A stretch of 64,000 nt of DNA. It comes from Callorhinchus milii. Lineage: Eukaryota. The position numbers were made by a program, and so were the translations under genes. Location: positions 46,316,001 through 46,380,000 of the forward strand of contig NW_024704742.1 in NCBI RefSeq assembly GCF_018977255.1, written 5' to 3'. Positions 35,941-48,030 of the stretch are shown here, piece after piece. The first letter of the stretch is position 1. Each line of letters opens with the position of its first letter. Below the pieces are notes generated by a model. It worked only from the letters and a program-made list of their open reading frames with translations, searched no databases and was not told the origin of the DNA.

Positions 35941-37844
35941 TTCTTACCCAGTAAGGAAGAGAAAGAGGATTTGGAAGAATTTCCTGCACTAAATTAACAG
36001 GAGATTTAACACTACGGGGCAATTTTGAGGGAGCAATAAGGTTAACCAAAACAAGTTTATCAATTTTTAAAAATGGATTATTGGGAACAAAAATAATGTA
36101 GTGAAAGAGGCTTTCCCATCTGAAGAAGACCACAGTATAAAAACAATCAACCCCCAATATAAATAGATAAGAATAAATAAATAAAAAAGTGGACAAGAGG
36201 AAAAATGTAAAATGAACCACACAAGAGGAAAAATGAAGCAAAAAACATATAAATTAATAAATATGAATATCACATCGAATAGATTCATATTAAAAAAACA
36301 ATTAGGATGCAAATGCATATTATAAATATAATTTCAAGTTGGTAAATCATTTTCTCCCTTGTTAGGACCCACACAACACCAACTCTCCATAATGTGAAGC
36401 ATTCATTTTCTTTTGCAACTTCTCATGTCTCACTGGAAAGTAAAACTATTCACTGCATTAATTTGACTCAGGAACATGCAGTTAAAAAGTTGTCTCTATT
36501 ATGTGCCTAACAAAATATCTTCACACAATTGAATTATTATTTTCAAGCACTGTATTTTATGTCTAAATAAAAAATGGGGAAAGAATATGCACGAAGGTGC
36601 TAAATTCCATCTAAATTCCATTAATTGTGAATTTGTTTTTACATGATGGCAAAATTACACCTTGGAAGTATATATTTGGTCACATTGTACTTCAATACAA
36701 AACCATGCAGTTAAACATTCAGTTTGCAACTTACAATTCAAACAACTAATTATTATGTGAAATACAATTAAAATACATATTCTTAAAAAAATAGTTTAGA
36801 TGATAATGTTGCACATCAACGATACTGCATCAATAAATCAATAAGTATAAGGTTGAACTAAACAATAATTCATAAATTCAAAGAGGTCAAAATTGATCAA
36901 CAGTGAATACTATACTTTTGATAACTTGACCCTTGCTTAACTTGTCACTACCAGTTACGTCATCATGCTGTCAATATTCCGGTCACATTTATTTATATAT
37001 TTATATATAAGGCTAACCCGCCACTCCAGATAAGTCTGTGCCCTTTTCCCTTGGAATGATGTCAGGAGGTATCAGGAGCTTACTGTATTCCTAAACCCAT
37101 GTTATTCCTTATCTAAGGAATGCGTTCAATTATGTTTTGATATCGCCCACCAACTTTTGAATAATGGAAGAACCCAAAATATTCTTAACCCCAGCATAGA
37201 AGGAATCATTGTCAAGCCCTTTGAGACTTCCACCTGACATGAAAGGTGCTACATAAGTGTAAATTGTGAAATTTTCATCTAATTTTAACTGAGTTTAGGG
37301 CAGTGTTCCATAACTAGAAACTTGCATTTATTTTAGTATGCTTCACCTAGAGCAGTGGCAACCAACCTTTTTCTTGATTGAATATTTCTTGATTTAAGCC
37401 ATTAATCAAGAAATATTGAATGAAGAAAAAATTGGAAATGCTATATTGATTGAACACTGACTTACCTAGACTAGTGCGAATGTTCAGGTGTTCAGGGAGC
37501 CACTTCTTGATGCCACTTTCAGCGCACGGTCTCATGCGTTAGCCACCACTGACTTAGAGAGCCTTTGGAGAGGTTTAAAGAGCAGGAGAATAAGGAAGGG
37601 AGAGGTGGGAGGTAACCCTTGGTACACTTCAAGTATTTAGGCAGCTTTTGAAGGTAGTTATAATAAAGATAATCCTTCCAGATAGAGAGTGTAGTGCAAC
37701 AGAGGGGTTGAGAGTGGGATTTTCAGATATTGGGAACATAGTGACTGAAGGTTTAGCCTTCTAACTCAGTTGTAAATTTACATATAAACTTAGAAGCATT
37801 AAGATGTTCCCCTCTATTTCTAAATCCAGGTAATTTAGAAAAAA

Positions 37845-38490
37845 AACTTTTTTATCCCAACTTTCTATCTCCTGCTTCCCAAGCCATCCATATAATGATA
37901 TCATATTGCCTCTTATTCCATATACCTTAATTTTAGCTAGCAATCTCTTATGTGGGATCTTAGCAAATATTTTTGGAAACTCCCATATAAATCTCCTATA
38001 CCCCTCTATTCCCTTCTTCCTCATATATACATCAAGTTTCCTCTTTATGACATTGATGCTTTTGCTTCAATCACACCTTTCTGCGATGAGTTATATAGCA
38101 CCACATTCTCACTACTTAACATAAAAAAAGTTCCTTTTAAATCTGCTATTCACTATCTTATATTTATGCTCCCTCGTTTTGGTCACATCAACATGTGGGA
38201 ACAGCATATTAATGTCAATCTTAGCAAGTTCTTTCATAATTTTAAATACCTATATCATGTCCTCTTTCAATCATCTCATCTTCAGAGAGAAAACCTCCAA
38301 CCTGTCCAATCTTTCTTGATAGCTGTATCTATTCATCCGTGGTAACATCTTTGAAAATATATGCTGCACTCTCTCCAACGCTACAATATCCTTCCAGTGG
38401 CATGGTAACTAGGACTGCACACAGTACTCCAAATGTGGTCCAACTAAGGTTTTGTATAAATGTAACATTACTTCTCTACTTTTGCAGTCT
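37845..38490 (-). mobile_element. Old CR1 fragments (RT piece 37845-37992 and 3' region 37992-38490)
   Basis: KIFAKIPHKRLLAKIKVYGIRG and MRKKGIEGY; rc of ggagtactgtgtgcagtcctag (LEYCVQ motif). Confidence 0.8.
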
Positions 38491-39774
38491 CCATTGCATA
38501 ACACACTAAAACTAATAAAACACATGACTGGAGAAATTTATCAAATTTTCAACTGCCTCAGAAGTCTCAAATAAATGATGAAAAGCTGTGCGGTGTTATC
38601 TTAATTTTGTGTAGTATTTAACTCGCTGGTTATTTCTTCAAATGGCATCAATTTATTTTTTCAAAACATAAGAACTTCTATTGAGTGAAGGGGTGACGTG
38701 TTTTAATTGTGGTTGTGATCATGTATAAAGCAATTTGATTGTATTCTAGTTTCAACTTGATTTTGTTTTCAACTTGCATTTCACTTGGCAATGCGGTAGC
38801 CAGACACTGATAATTTTAAAAAGTAATTTTAATCTTGGATTTGCTTCATATAGATGAGTTGATAATGTGGAAAAGTATTTTTTCGGTAGTTTAGATCCTC
38901 TTCACGGCCACTTTGTTTTTCTAAATTAAGAATTTTTTTTGATTAAATTGAGGATTGGTTGGTGCTCGAGAATGGAATATTTCCTATTTCAAAAACAGAT
39001 TTCAAATTAAAAAGAACGATGAGGAGACAATCGAAACGAGAAATAAAGGCAAGTGAGTTCAATTATTTTTAAAGAAATTGTTTTTCTGCATTTATTTTCA
39101 CTGCAAAAAGAATTTACATTTATATAACATCTTACATGTTGGAATGATGTATCAACAACAGCATTTATATAGCAGCTCAAAGCATTGGGAAGCTGTGGAG
39201 GGAGAGGGGTCTGCAGGTGTGTAGGGAGGAGCTGGGGAGTTAAGTGAGGAAGACACTGGAGTAATTGAGCATGGAGAAGATGAAGATATGGATGAGGGTC
39301 TCAGCAACCTGGATATAATGAGGAATAAGGTCATTATATCCAGGATACACATCTTCCTTGTGTATTGAAAGGGGAGGGGGGAGAGGGAGAAATGCCTCTT
39401 TGAGGCTTATTTTAGCATTATTACTATTATTTGGCTCCCTGCTGTACATCTGGTAATAGAAAATTGGAATCGAGTCAATCCTCTGGGTGGTCTTGGCAGT
39501 CCTGATTCTAAGCTAAGCAGGTCTGTAGAACTCCAAGGCACTGTTGATGATGGACCAGCCAGCCTGGCTTATCAACAAGACCCAGAGGAGCAGACCATTC
39601 ATTGGGTTTAGGTTCCTGTTGCCCTCCAAGCTAAATTCCTAATGGGTGAGATGGGTTACAGAAGCCCAGAACAGTGACTGAAAGTAGCAGGCAGCTTGAA
39701 AGTGTTCACAATGACATACTGAACGATTTAAGCTGATTAAATTCTAGCATTAGCACAATGCACATTCTGAAGGC

Positions 39775-39972
39775 CTCAAACCTTGGCTTTTGCCAAACTG
39801 CATCTAAATTTTTGATGTTAAATAAGCAGTGTGCTTCCCTCTGGAGGTAGTGTTCACATTCCATATCAGTCAAATGAAAACCAAATATATATAAACTCTC
39901 TTGTTTTGGAGACTCTTAAGCATAGTGAAGGATTTCTGCACATGTCAGACACTTGGTTTACCAAACAAAATT
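39775..39972. repeat. Unclassified interspersed repeat, copy B
   Basis: Two blocks shared with copy C and one with copy A. Confidence 0.75.
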
Positions 39973-40089
39973 GTATCATATTTTGGTGGGTTTGGGTTAA
40001 CATTACAACTGCTTGTTCAGATAGGAACACCCTACCTTTTAGGGCTTTAACTTCCAGGGTCAACAGTTGCTAAGTGGGAACAATCCCTG

Positions 40090-40385
40090 CTCCAAGTGGC
40101 TGTTTTTCCCGTACAGCTGAGCCTGGCTCACTGATCTTTCACCAGCAATGGAAATATCAGCTTGTTTCTGTTCCTAACTACTCGACATTTACTGCTGCTG
40201 GTAGTGTGTATGTGTGTTAATATGAGATGAAGACAGCTATAATGCTCCATATAATCAAATAATTCTTCTGATATTTACTCTCCATGGTAGCAAATGACGA
40301 ATGACCATTTGAGAAAGTATCAAGAGGCCCATCATAACCTACAGAGTTGAATCCCTGTGTAAGTTGGTACATTCAGAAAGAGCTC
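40090..40385 (+). mobile_element. Possible ancient LF-SINE-like chondrichthyan SINE relic
   Basis: ctgctggtagtgtgtatgtgtg...gaatgaccatttgagaaagta...ttcagaaagag resembles a recalled shark SINE body; not verified. Confidence 0.35.
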
Positions 40386-41256
40386 ATTGCAGTTTCAACA
40401 AAGAAACAAGCCATTGCGTATTATTCATATTATTTGTTCTACTTTATTAGTCCTTGGATATAACCGTTTTAAAATCTTGAAATGGATTTCTTTCACAAAC
40501 AGTGAAAATATTCTAAAAACAGTAAATTATAGGACATTGCTGAACATTAATATCAGAACATAAGAGCAAAATAGCAGAGATTTCAGTTCAAATTTCTTGT
40601 ATTCGGTAAAAAAAAGGTGAAAAATATGATGTTTATACCAGATTGCATTACACTGAATCTTTTACAAAGTTGCATTTTCCTAAAATTTGAACTTGGGCAG
40701 GCAAACATAGAACTTAATAGGAATTTGGGTTTCTGTTCATCCATCCCTAAATTAATTTAGAGATATCATGAGGTATTCCATAGGGTAAGGGATGTACGCT
40801 GACTCTGAGAATATCATGAACTCCACAGGAAGAGTAACAGTACCTCCCGATTTATCATCCTCCACCTCATCATCCATCATCACACAGTCAACCCGATATA
40901 TAGCACAAAGATGCAGTTACACTGATGGATACTTTACTAAATTACTCATCACACATGTCATCACTGAATAACCCTTCCCTTCCTCACACTAGTCACCAAC
41001 TTAGACATTTTAGAGATCTTCGGAAGCATTGTCCCACAGCATTGTCTCTGCCTTTTTGATTGCTTCAGGAATGCTTAATCACTTAATTGCATGTGATCAT
41101 TCATATACACACAGGCTTTTATTCATAATTGTTCCCTTATTCAGTAATATCCACTTATTCACGTTTACATTCACTGATATGTATTTAGATTCACTGATTT
41201 TTCACTAACATTCTCTTATTTACACTTATAATAAACAAATAAATAAACAAATAAAT

Positions 41257-42047
41257 AACATTTGTTATAGCATCTTTCACATCAGGAGGACGTCCAAAGA
41301 TGCTGGACAATCAGTGTTTCGGATCTGAGCTGGGGTGCGGGATTGGGAGGGTAGAGGGCGGGGCCGGGGGGAAGGAGGGTGATGAAAGGTACGGTCGAAG
41401 AGGAGGGTCTTGAGATGGGTCTAGAAGGTGGCAAGGGAGATGGTGAGGTGGTGGGGTCAGAATGACTGAAGGCCCACCCATCAATGGCGGGGTGGGCGAG
41501 GGACATAAAGCAAGCCGGAACCCGCTGAGCGGAGAGAATGGACAGGTTGGTAGGAGGTAGGAGGTCGCAGAGGTAGGGGGCAGTGAGACCATGGTGGGCT
41601 TTGAAAGTGAGGACCAGGATCTTGAACTGTATACACTATGTGATGGGAAGCCAGTGGAGTCGGGTGAGGATAGGGTCATGGAGACTGGTGGGGAGAAGAC
41701 ACGGGCTGCAGAGTTCTGGATGATCTGCAGCCTCTGGAGGGAGAAGTTGGGGAGGCCGACAAGCAGGAACTTTGTGTAGTCAAGTCTGAATGTCATGAAT
41801 GAGGGTTTCGTCAGCTTGTGATGTGAGACAGTGGCAGAGCCGGGCGATGTCGCGGAGGTGGGGGAAGGCAGAACGGATCATGGCACGGATGTGTTGTAGA
41901 AAGGATAATTGAGGGTTAAACAAGACCCCAAGATTCCGGACTGGCTCAGTGAGTTGGAGTGTGCATCCATGGATGGTGATGCTGTCAGCGCCTGAAGTGT
42001 GGAGGCACTGACGGGAATCAATCAGGAGGGCCTCCGTCTTGTTGAAC
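41257..42047 (-). mobile_element. L2 3' 0.8 kb, intermediate age, with (AAAT/AAAC)n next to its tail
   Basis: NKTEALLI, VRNLGVLFNPQLSF, RLDY, LQIIQNSAARV motifs with frameshifts. Confidence 0.93.
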
Positions 42048-42104
42048 AATGCCAATGCTTTGTGGGTTGTTTATTCCCAATTGCTGCTGTACCCTTGATC
42101 TACA

Positions 42105-45099
42105 ACAAGATTCCATTTATAAAGCGCCTTTCACGTCAGGAGGACGTCCCAAGGCGCTGCACAGTTGGGTCATGACCCGAGCAGGGGGAAATGGTCAGGG
42201 TGAGGGGAGGGAAGGGAGGGAGCAAGGAGGGGGGAAATGGTCAGGGTGAGGGAAGGGAGGGAGCGAGAAGGGAGAAGAGAGTCGAGAGGGGAGCTGAAGG
42301 CTCGGTCAAAGAGAAAGGTCTTGAGACCGGCCTTGAAGGAGGAAAGGGAGGAGGCGGCGAAGGCACTGGGGGATAGAGTTCCAGAGCCTGGGGGCTGAGA
42401 GGCTGAAGGCCCGACCACCGATGGTAGGGCGATTGGGGCGGGGGACGTGGAGCAGACCGGAGCCAGAGGAACGGAGGGTACGGGCAGGTAGGTAGGGGGA
42501 TAGTAGGTTGGAGAGGTAGGAGGGAGCAAGGCCGTGAATGGCCTTGTAGGTGAGGATGAGGATCTTGAAATCAATCCTCTGGGGGATGGGGAGCCAGTGG
42601 AGGCGAGCGAGGGTGGGAGTGATGTGGTCGCGAAGCCTGGTGCGGGACAGTACACGAGCTGCAGAGTTCTGAATGACCTGCAGCTTGTGGAGGGAGGTGG
42701 CGGGAAGGCCGGCGAGGAGAGAGTTCCCATAGTCCAGCCTTGAGGTGACAAAGGCGTGGACCAGGGTTTCAGCAGCGTGAGGGGTGAGGTAGTGCCGTAG
42801 TCTGGCGATGTTCCGGAGGTGATGGAAGGCGGTGCCAGTTGTGGTGCGGATGTGAGGGAGAAAGGACAGCTCAGGGTCGAACAAAACGCCGAGGTTCCTG
42901 ACTGGCTTTGAGAGGTGGAGAGTGCAGCCTTGGATGCTGATGGTGTCAGCGCCTGAGGTGCGGAGGCGCTGACGTGAGCCAATCAGGAGGGCCTCGGTTT
43001 TTCGCACGTTGAGCTGAAGAAAGTTGTCTCTCGTCCAGGACTCGATGTCGGACAGGCAGCTGTCAGGACATCGGTGGTCGTGGAGTTGAGAGTAGAGGAG
43101 GAAAGGTAGAGTTGGGTGTCATCCGCATACATGTGGAAGTTAACCCATGTCTGCGGATGATGTCACCAAGGGGGAGCATATAGAGGGTGAAGAGGAGGGG
43201 ACCGAGGACAGAGCCCTGAGGGACACCACATGAGACAGTGCGGGGGGTGGAGGAGAAGCCATTTGTCGAGACAAAGTGAAGACGGTGAGAAAGGTACGAC
43301 CTAAACCACTCAAGGACAGTGCCTTGAAGGTTGAGGTGGGAGGACAAGCGGTGGAGTAGGATAGCGTGGTCGACCGTATCGAATGCTGCCGATAGGTCGA
43401 GGAGGACGAGGAGGCAGAGGGAGCCCTGGTCACAGATGGTCAGGATATCATTGGTGACCTTGACCAGGGCAGTTTCTGTGCTATGGGCAGCACGGAAACC
43501 TGACTGAAGGGGTTCGAAAAGAGAATGGGTGGAAAGGAAAGAGCGCAGTTGGGAGGCGACAACTCTTTCCAAGACCTTGGAGAGAAAGGGGAGGTTGGAG
43601 ATGGGCCGGTAGCTTGATAGCTGCGACGCATCAAGGGAGGGTTTTTTCAGGGTGGGCGTGATGGTGGCAGTTTTTAAGGGAATGGGGACAGAGCCAGAGG
43701 AGAGGGACAGGTTGAATGTCAGTGATATGTGGGGCAAGAAAGTGGAGCTGGGAGATAAGGAGTGGAGTGGGGATGGGGTCAAGGGAGCAGGTGGTTGGTT
43801 TTAGGGATAGGATGAGTTTAGTGACAGAGGGTGGGGAAACGGGTACGAAAGTGTGTAGGGGAGGATGGGTAGGAGTCGGAGTGTGGGAGTGAGGGGGTGG
43901 GTGGTTGGTGGATGTTGGAGGGGAAGTGACCGCGGAGCGGATTCCCTTGATCTTGGATTCAAGGAAATCCAGCATCTCCTCGCAGTGAAGGTTGGAGGAG
44001 ATGACCTGCGCGGGGTGGCGGGGGGGACGGAGGAGTCGGGTTGTGGTGGAAAACAGTAGCCTGGGGTTGTTCTTCGCCTCCAGGATTATCCTGGAGTAGA
44101 AGGACGACTTGGCCGAGGCTAGAGTGGAGCGGTAAATTTTGAGGAGGTCCAGCCAGATTTGTCGGTGGACCGTTAGGCCAGATTTGACACAGGTGCGTTC
44201 AGCAGCCCGCACCTGGCTTTTCAGTGAGCGGAGGTGGGTGGTGTACCAGGGGGAGGAGCGGGAGTAGGAGACAGTGCGGGAAGTGATGGGGCAAGAGTAT
44301 CGAGTGTGGAGGAGAGGGTATTGTGGAGGAGGGAGAGAGGAGAAGAGGGGTCGGTGAGGGTTGAAGGCCAGAGGGAGAGGAGTTCAGAGGACTCCAAGGC
44401 ATCGGTTAGGGATTGTGGGGGTAACTTCTTCCAAGGGCGGTAGAAGATGGTGGTGGGTCTGGTGGAGGTGGGGAGGGGGGTGGAGGTGGTGAAGGAGATG
44501 AAGTAGTGGTCAGAGATGGCCTTGTCGGTAATAGTGACATCCGAGACACTGAGGCCCCGGGTGATCACCAAATCGAGTGGGTGGCCGTGACTGTGAGTGG
44601 GGGAGTTTATGTGGAGGGAGGGGTTGAGTGAGGAGAGCAGGGAAGAGAAGTCTGTGGAGATGGAGCAGGAGGGGGTGAAGTGCAGGTTAAAGTCGCCCAG
44701 GATGATGAGGCGATCAGAGGGGAGGCAAAGAGATGTGAGGAGTGTTGAAATGTCAGAGATGAAGGTGGGAGAGGTTTTAGGGGGCCGGTAGAGGAGGAGG
44801 ATTTTAAGGGAGAGGAATGAGGGGTGGGAGAGGGTGAGGTGCTCAAAGGAGGGGAAAGAGCCAGTGGAGTAAGGGGATAGGGCAAGTGGTGTCCTTGAGA
44901 TAAGGGCTACACCACCTCCACGGCGGTTGGGGCGGGGGATGTGGTGGGAGGTGTAGCCGGGTGGTGTGGCCTCCGTGAGGGGGAAGGTGTCGCCTGGGGT
45001 GAGCCAGGTTTCTGTTAAGGCCATGATATCAACGTTCTCATCAAGGATGAGATCGTTGATGACCAGGGCCTTGTTGCAGAGGGAGCGGACATTTTGCAG
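42105..45099 (-). mobile_element. Young L2-clade non-LTR retrotransposon, 5'-truncated at the start of ORF2
   Basis: TSD TCTACA at 42099-42104 and 45100-45105; 3' stem-loop and short (TGT)n tail; ORF2 domains complete from the endonuclease N-terminus. Confidence 0.97.
42290..45099 (-). pseudogene. L2 ORF2 (APE endonuclease + reverse transcriptase), frameshifted
   Basis: [91 protein letters not shown] (shifted frame near 43120), RLDYGN, LHWLP. Confidence 0.95.
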
Positions 45100-45728
45100 T
45101 CTACACTACCAAGAGACAGCCATTAAGACCTACAGTGACATTGGTTCTATACTTAATGCATATGAATTTTAATCCTATTCAAAGGATGATTGCCTTTTTG
45201 CATTGCTGCAGACATTCTTTCAGCATTTTGATGTACTCTTTGGTTTATCGATCTACCTGTCAGACTGAGAGTGCTTTTACAAGTTGGAATTAATTCATTT
45301 TCTGGAATGAAGCCAAGTTTTAAGGGGTTTCTTTAGCTGTCTTTATCAAAGCAGCGTATTACTTTTAGCCAATTCATAGCAAGAAAAAAAGAGCTTCCTA
45401 TTTCTGCACACCGCAGAATAATTGATTCAATAGACATACTGAAATATTATGGAATGACATGGGGTTTGTGACTAGCTCATTCGTTTTATTGTTCAGGTGA
45501 ACAGCAAAATTGGAACCAGTTCAAAACTGTCCAAATGTGTGTTTGTAATGGAACAATGATAAAATTTTAGAGCAAAATTATATTCGTGAACCATATGGCA
45601 GGGACCAGCCCAGTGAATCCACAGCAAGGCACCTTCACTCATTTGCTGATGATTCCACCTGTAATATTCATGTTAGGGAAGCTCCCATCAGCATCCTTTT
45701 GTACAAGTCACCTGACAGAATTCTAGAT

Positions 45729-45947
45729 ACAACAACAACAAAATTATATTTATAGAGGGTCTTTCACGACAGAGGACATCCCAAAACGCTGAACAGCCAG
45801 GTGTCGGGGCCTGAGCATGGGGGAGGGGTGGTGTAGGGGTGAGGAAAGGCAGAGAGGTGGGAAGGAGACCAAAGGTACAGTCGAAAAGAAGGGTCTTGAG
45901 ACCGGCCTTGAAGGAGGCGAAGGGACCGTCGGATGGAGTTCCAGAGC
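45729..45947 (-). mobile_element. L2 3' fragment
   Basis: SFKAGLKTLLFDCTFG; (AAC)n tail on the plus strand. Confidence 0.88.
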
Positions 45948-46184
45948 GGAAGTAGAAAATTGTCTTCGGGGATGCATCGTAGATGCTGCTGTCACTTCCC
46001 AAAAATGGAAAGCATAGGCATAAGTTTAATGTAAGAAAACAAATATTTATGTTATTTACTTTTCATATTTATCTTTTCCACTTAATAGTTAATCATATAA
46101 CTTTTGGGGCAGGATTCTTCCAACGCAGCTCCTGTTAACCCGCCAAAGCCTAACAGGTAGGACGGCCCAGCTGGACAAACATTT

Positions 46185-46407
46185 CTCAAGACTCGGCTGT
46201 TGCCAATATGCACCTAGTACTTTCTGAATTAGGTAAACAGGGTGCATCCCTCCAGGGAGAGAGAGAGAGCACAATACTTTCCAGAAAAAGAAAATTACTC
46301 ATGCATAAGGTGCAGTGAACTCATGTAACTCATTCCTTATTGGATCTTCTTAAGCATGATGATTAGTTTCCACATGTGTCAGATACTCTGGTGACCCAAA
46401 TAAAATT
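46185..46407. repeat. Unclassified interspersed repeat, copy C
   Basis: ctcaagactcggctgttgccaatatgcacctag...gtgcatccctcc and tcttaagcatgatg...tttccacatgtgtcagatac...ccaaataaaatt. Confidence 0.75.
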
Positions 46408-47587
46408 ATTCCTATCAACACAGAACTTTTTCAAGGCATTATTATCTCTTCCATTTTGTTAATTCTCCACTTCAATGATTTTGTCAATTCATCATTAAAT
46501 CTTCCTCACTATAATTCTACTCCATGCTTTCAATGCTGTGGATCACACGCATTCAATGGCTCTGACCTTCAATTCTCTCACAGAGCAGTGGAGAATGACT
46601 GTAATAACTATTGAGGAAATGTGGACCAGAGAGTGAAAGGTCTTCACAAAGTAGTAACCAATTTGTGTCATTTGATGTGTAAAAATTACTGGTACAAATC
46701 ATACGCCCAATTTCAAGCTATTGTTTTTGTGAACCTCTTCTTCCCTGACTACTATAATGCTTGTTGGATTTGCTGACTGCAAATTTCAGTATTGCAGTGA
46801 CAGTTTCCAGGATGCCTGAAACTCACGATACTCATCAAATTAGTTGACCAAAAGATCAGAGTTAAGTTAGATCTCAGGCTAATTACTATCATTGTGTTGC
46901 AGGTAGGATAATTTCATTGGAGGGAGAACAGGGAAAAGGAGTCATATATTACCAGTTTCTCTGATAAAGAGATAGAACAGCAAAACTATTCTCCCTCCCT
47001 CTCTTTTCTTCTAAAGTGAAACTCTTGTGGTACAAACAATTGAATGTACAGAAACCATAGGACAGCTAAATAATAAAGGTTGGAAAATTGGCTCAACCCA
47101 CTGGGTCTTAATTTAAATTATCCATCTCTAACATCTCTAACTTAGGAGCCCATGTTGATGCTCCTGTGAAGGTAGAATTATCCACACACTACAATGTATG
47201 CCATGTGCTGTTAACAAACTGCCTTGCTTTCCGCAGTAGTTCAGTCATCTATTGAAATCTGGGCAAAGATTGTGCTGAAATCTAAAAGCTTTGTGTATCA
47301 TGTAAGCACGGGGAGGCACTGTTAGGATTTGAATCAATATGGGTGGATTCCGCATCAAATTGGTTGAATTTTCTAACCAAAATGAACAGCTACATCTGGC
47401 AGTGCAGCGCAGGTTATTTCAATGTAGTTGCTTCAAGTAATGCCTTTCAAGACTACTTGAAGCCATTTGAATACTATGAGAACCAGGTTACTTTTACATA
47501 TTACTGTTTGTGAAGAGACTAACATATAAAGGGTGCAGTTGGGCATTGAATTACAAAACAAGAAAGAATTCAGAGTTCAGATGGAAA

Positions 47588-48030
47588 AATTGGCTGCCTC
47601 GTTTCACCCACAAAATTATCCAGCCAATATCCAGCCAATTCTCTTTACAGTATATTCTGTGAAGCGCTTTGAGATATATATATAATAATAATCCTTGCAT
47701 TTCATATAGTGTTTTTCATGTCTTCTCGACATCTCAAAGCGCTTCACAGAATATACTGTAAAGTGAATTGACTATATTTTTTGGGCGAAATGCAGCAGCT
47801 AATTGCACACAGCAGTGTCCCACAAACAGTCATGGATTGAGTGACCAAATTATTATTGTTTTTTTCTTGAGGGATTATTATCAGGCGTGTGGAGTAAGGA
47901 AACTTGCCCAAGGTTTTGACCTGCTGGGAATTGAACCCTAGTCTCTCACTAGCAAGGCAAGTGCTCTAACTGATGAGCTATAGAACTCGAAGACATGATA
48001 AGGTGCTATATTAAACGACAGGACTATTAT
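47588..48030 (+). mobile_element. SINE 3' fragment split by an inverted SINE insertion
   Basis: aattggctgcc...gaagcgctttgagata | insertion | gaagacatgataaggtgctatattaaa. Confidence 0.85.
47682..47988 (-). mobile_element. tRNA/CORE SINE (short), full length
   Basis: Reverse complement of the 9136-type element, from the (AAT)n tail to gagctatagaactc. Confidence 0.93.

Noticed and set aside
36000..36900. A-rich stretch giving hydrophobic membrane-like minus-strand ORFs
   Set aside because: Low-complexity composition explains the Phe/Leu/Ile-rich translations.
46354..46400. C/D-box snoRNA reading of the three-copy repeat (ATGATGA in copy C)
   Set aside because: Box C is not intact in copies A and B, a CTGA box D is not shared and no terminal stem was seen.
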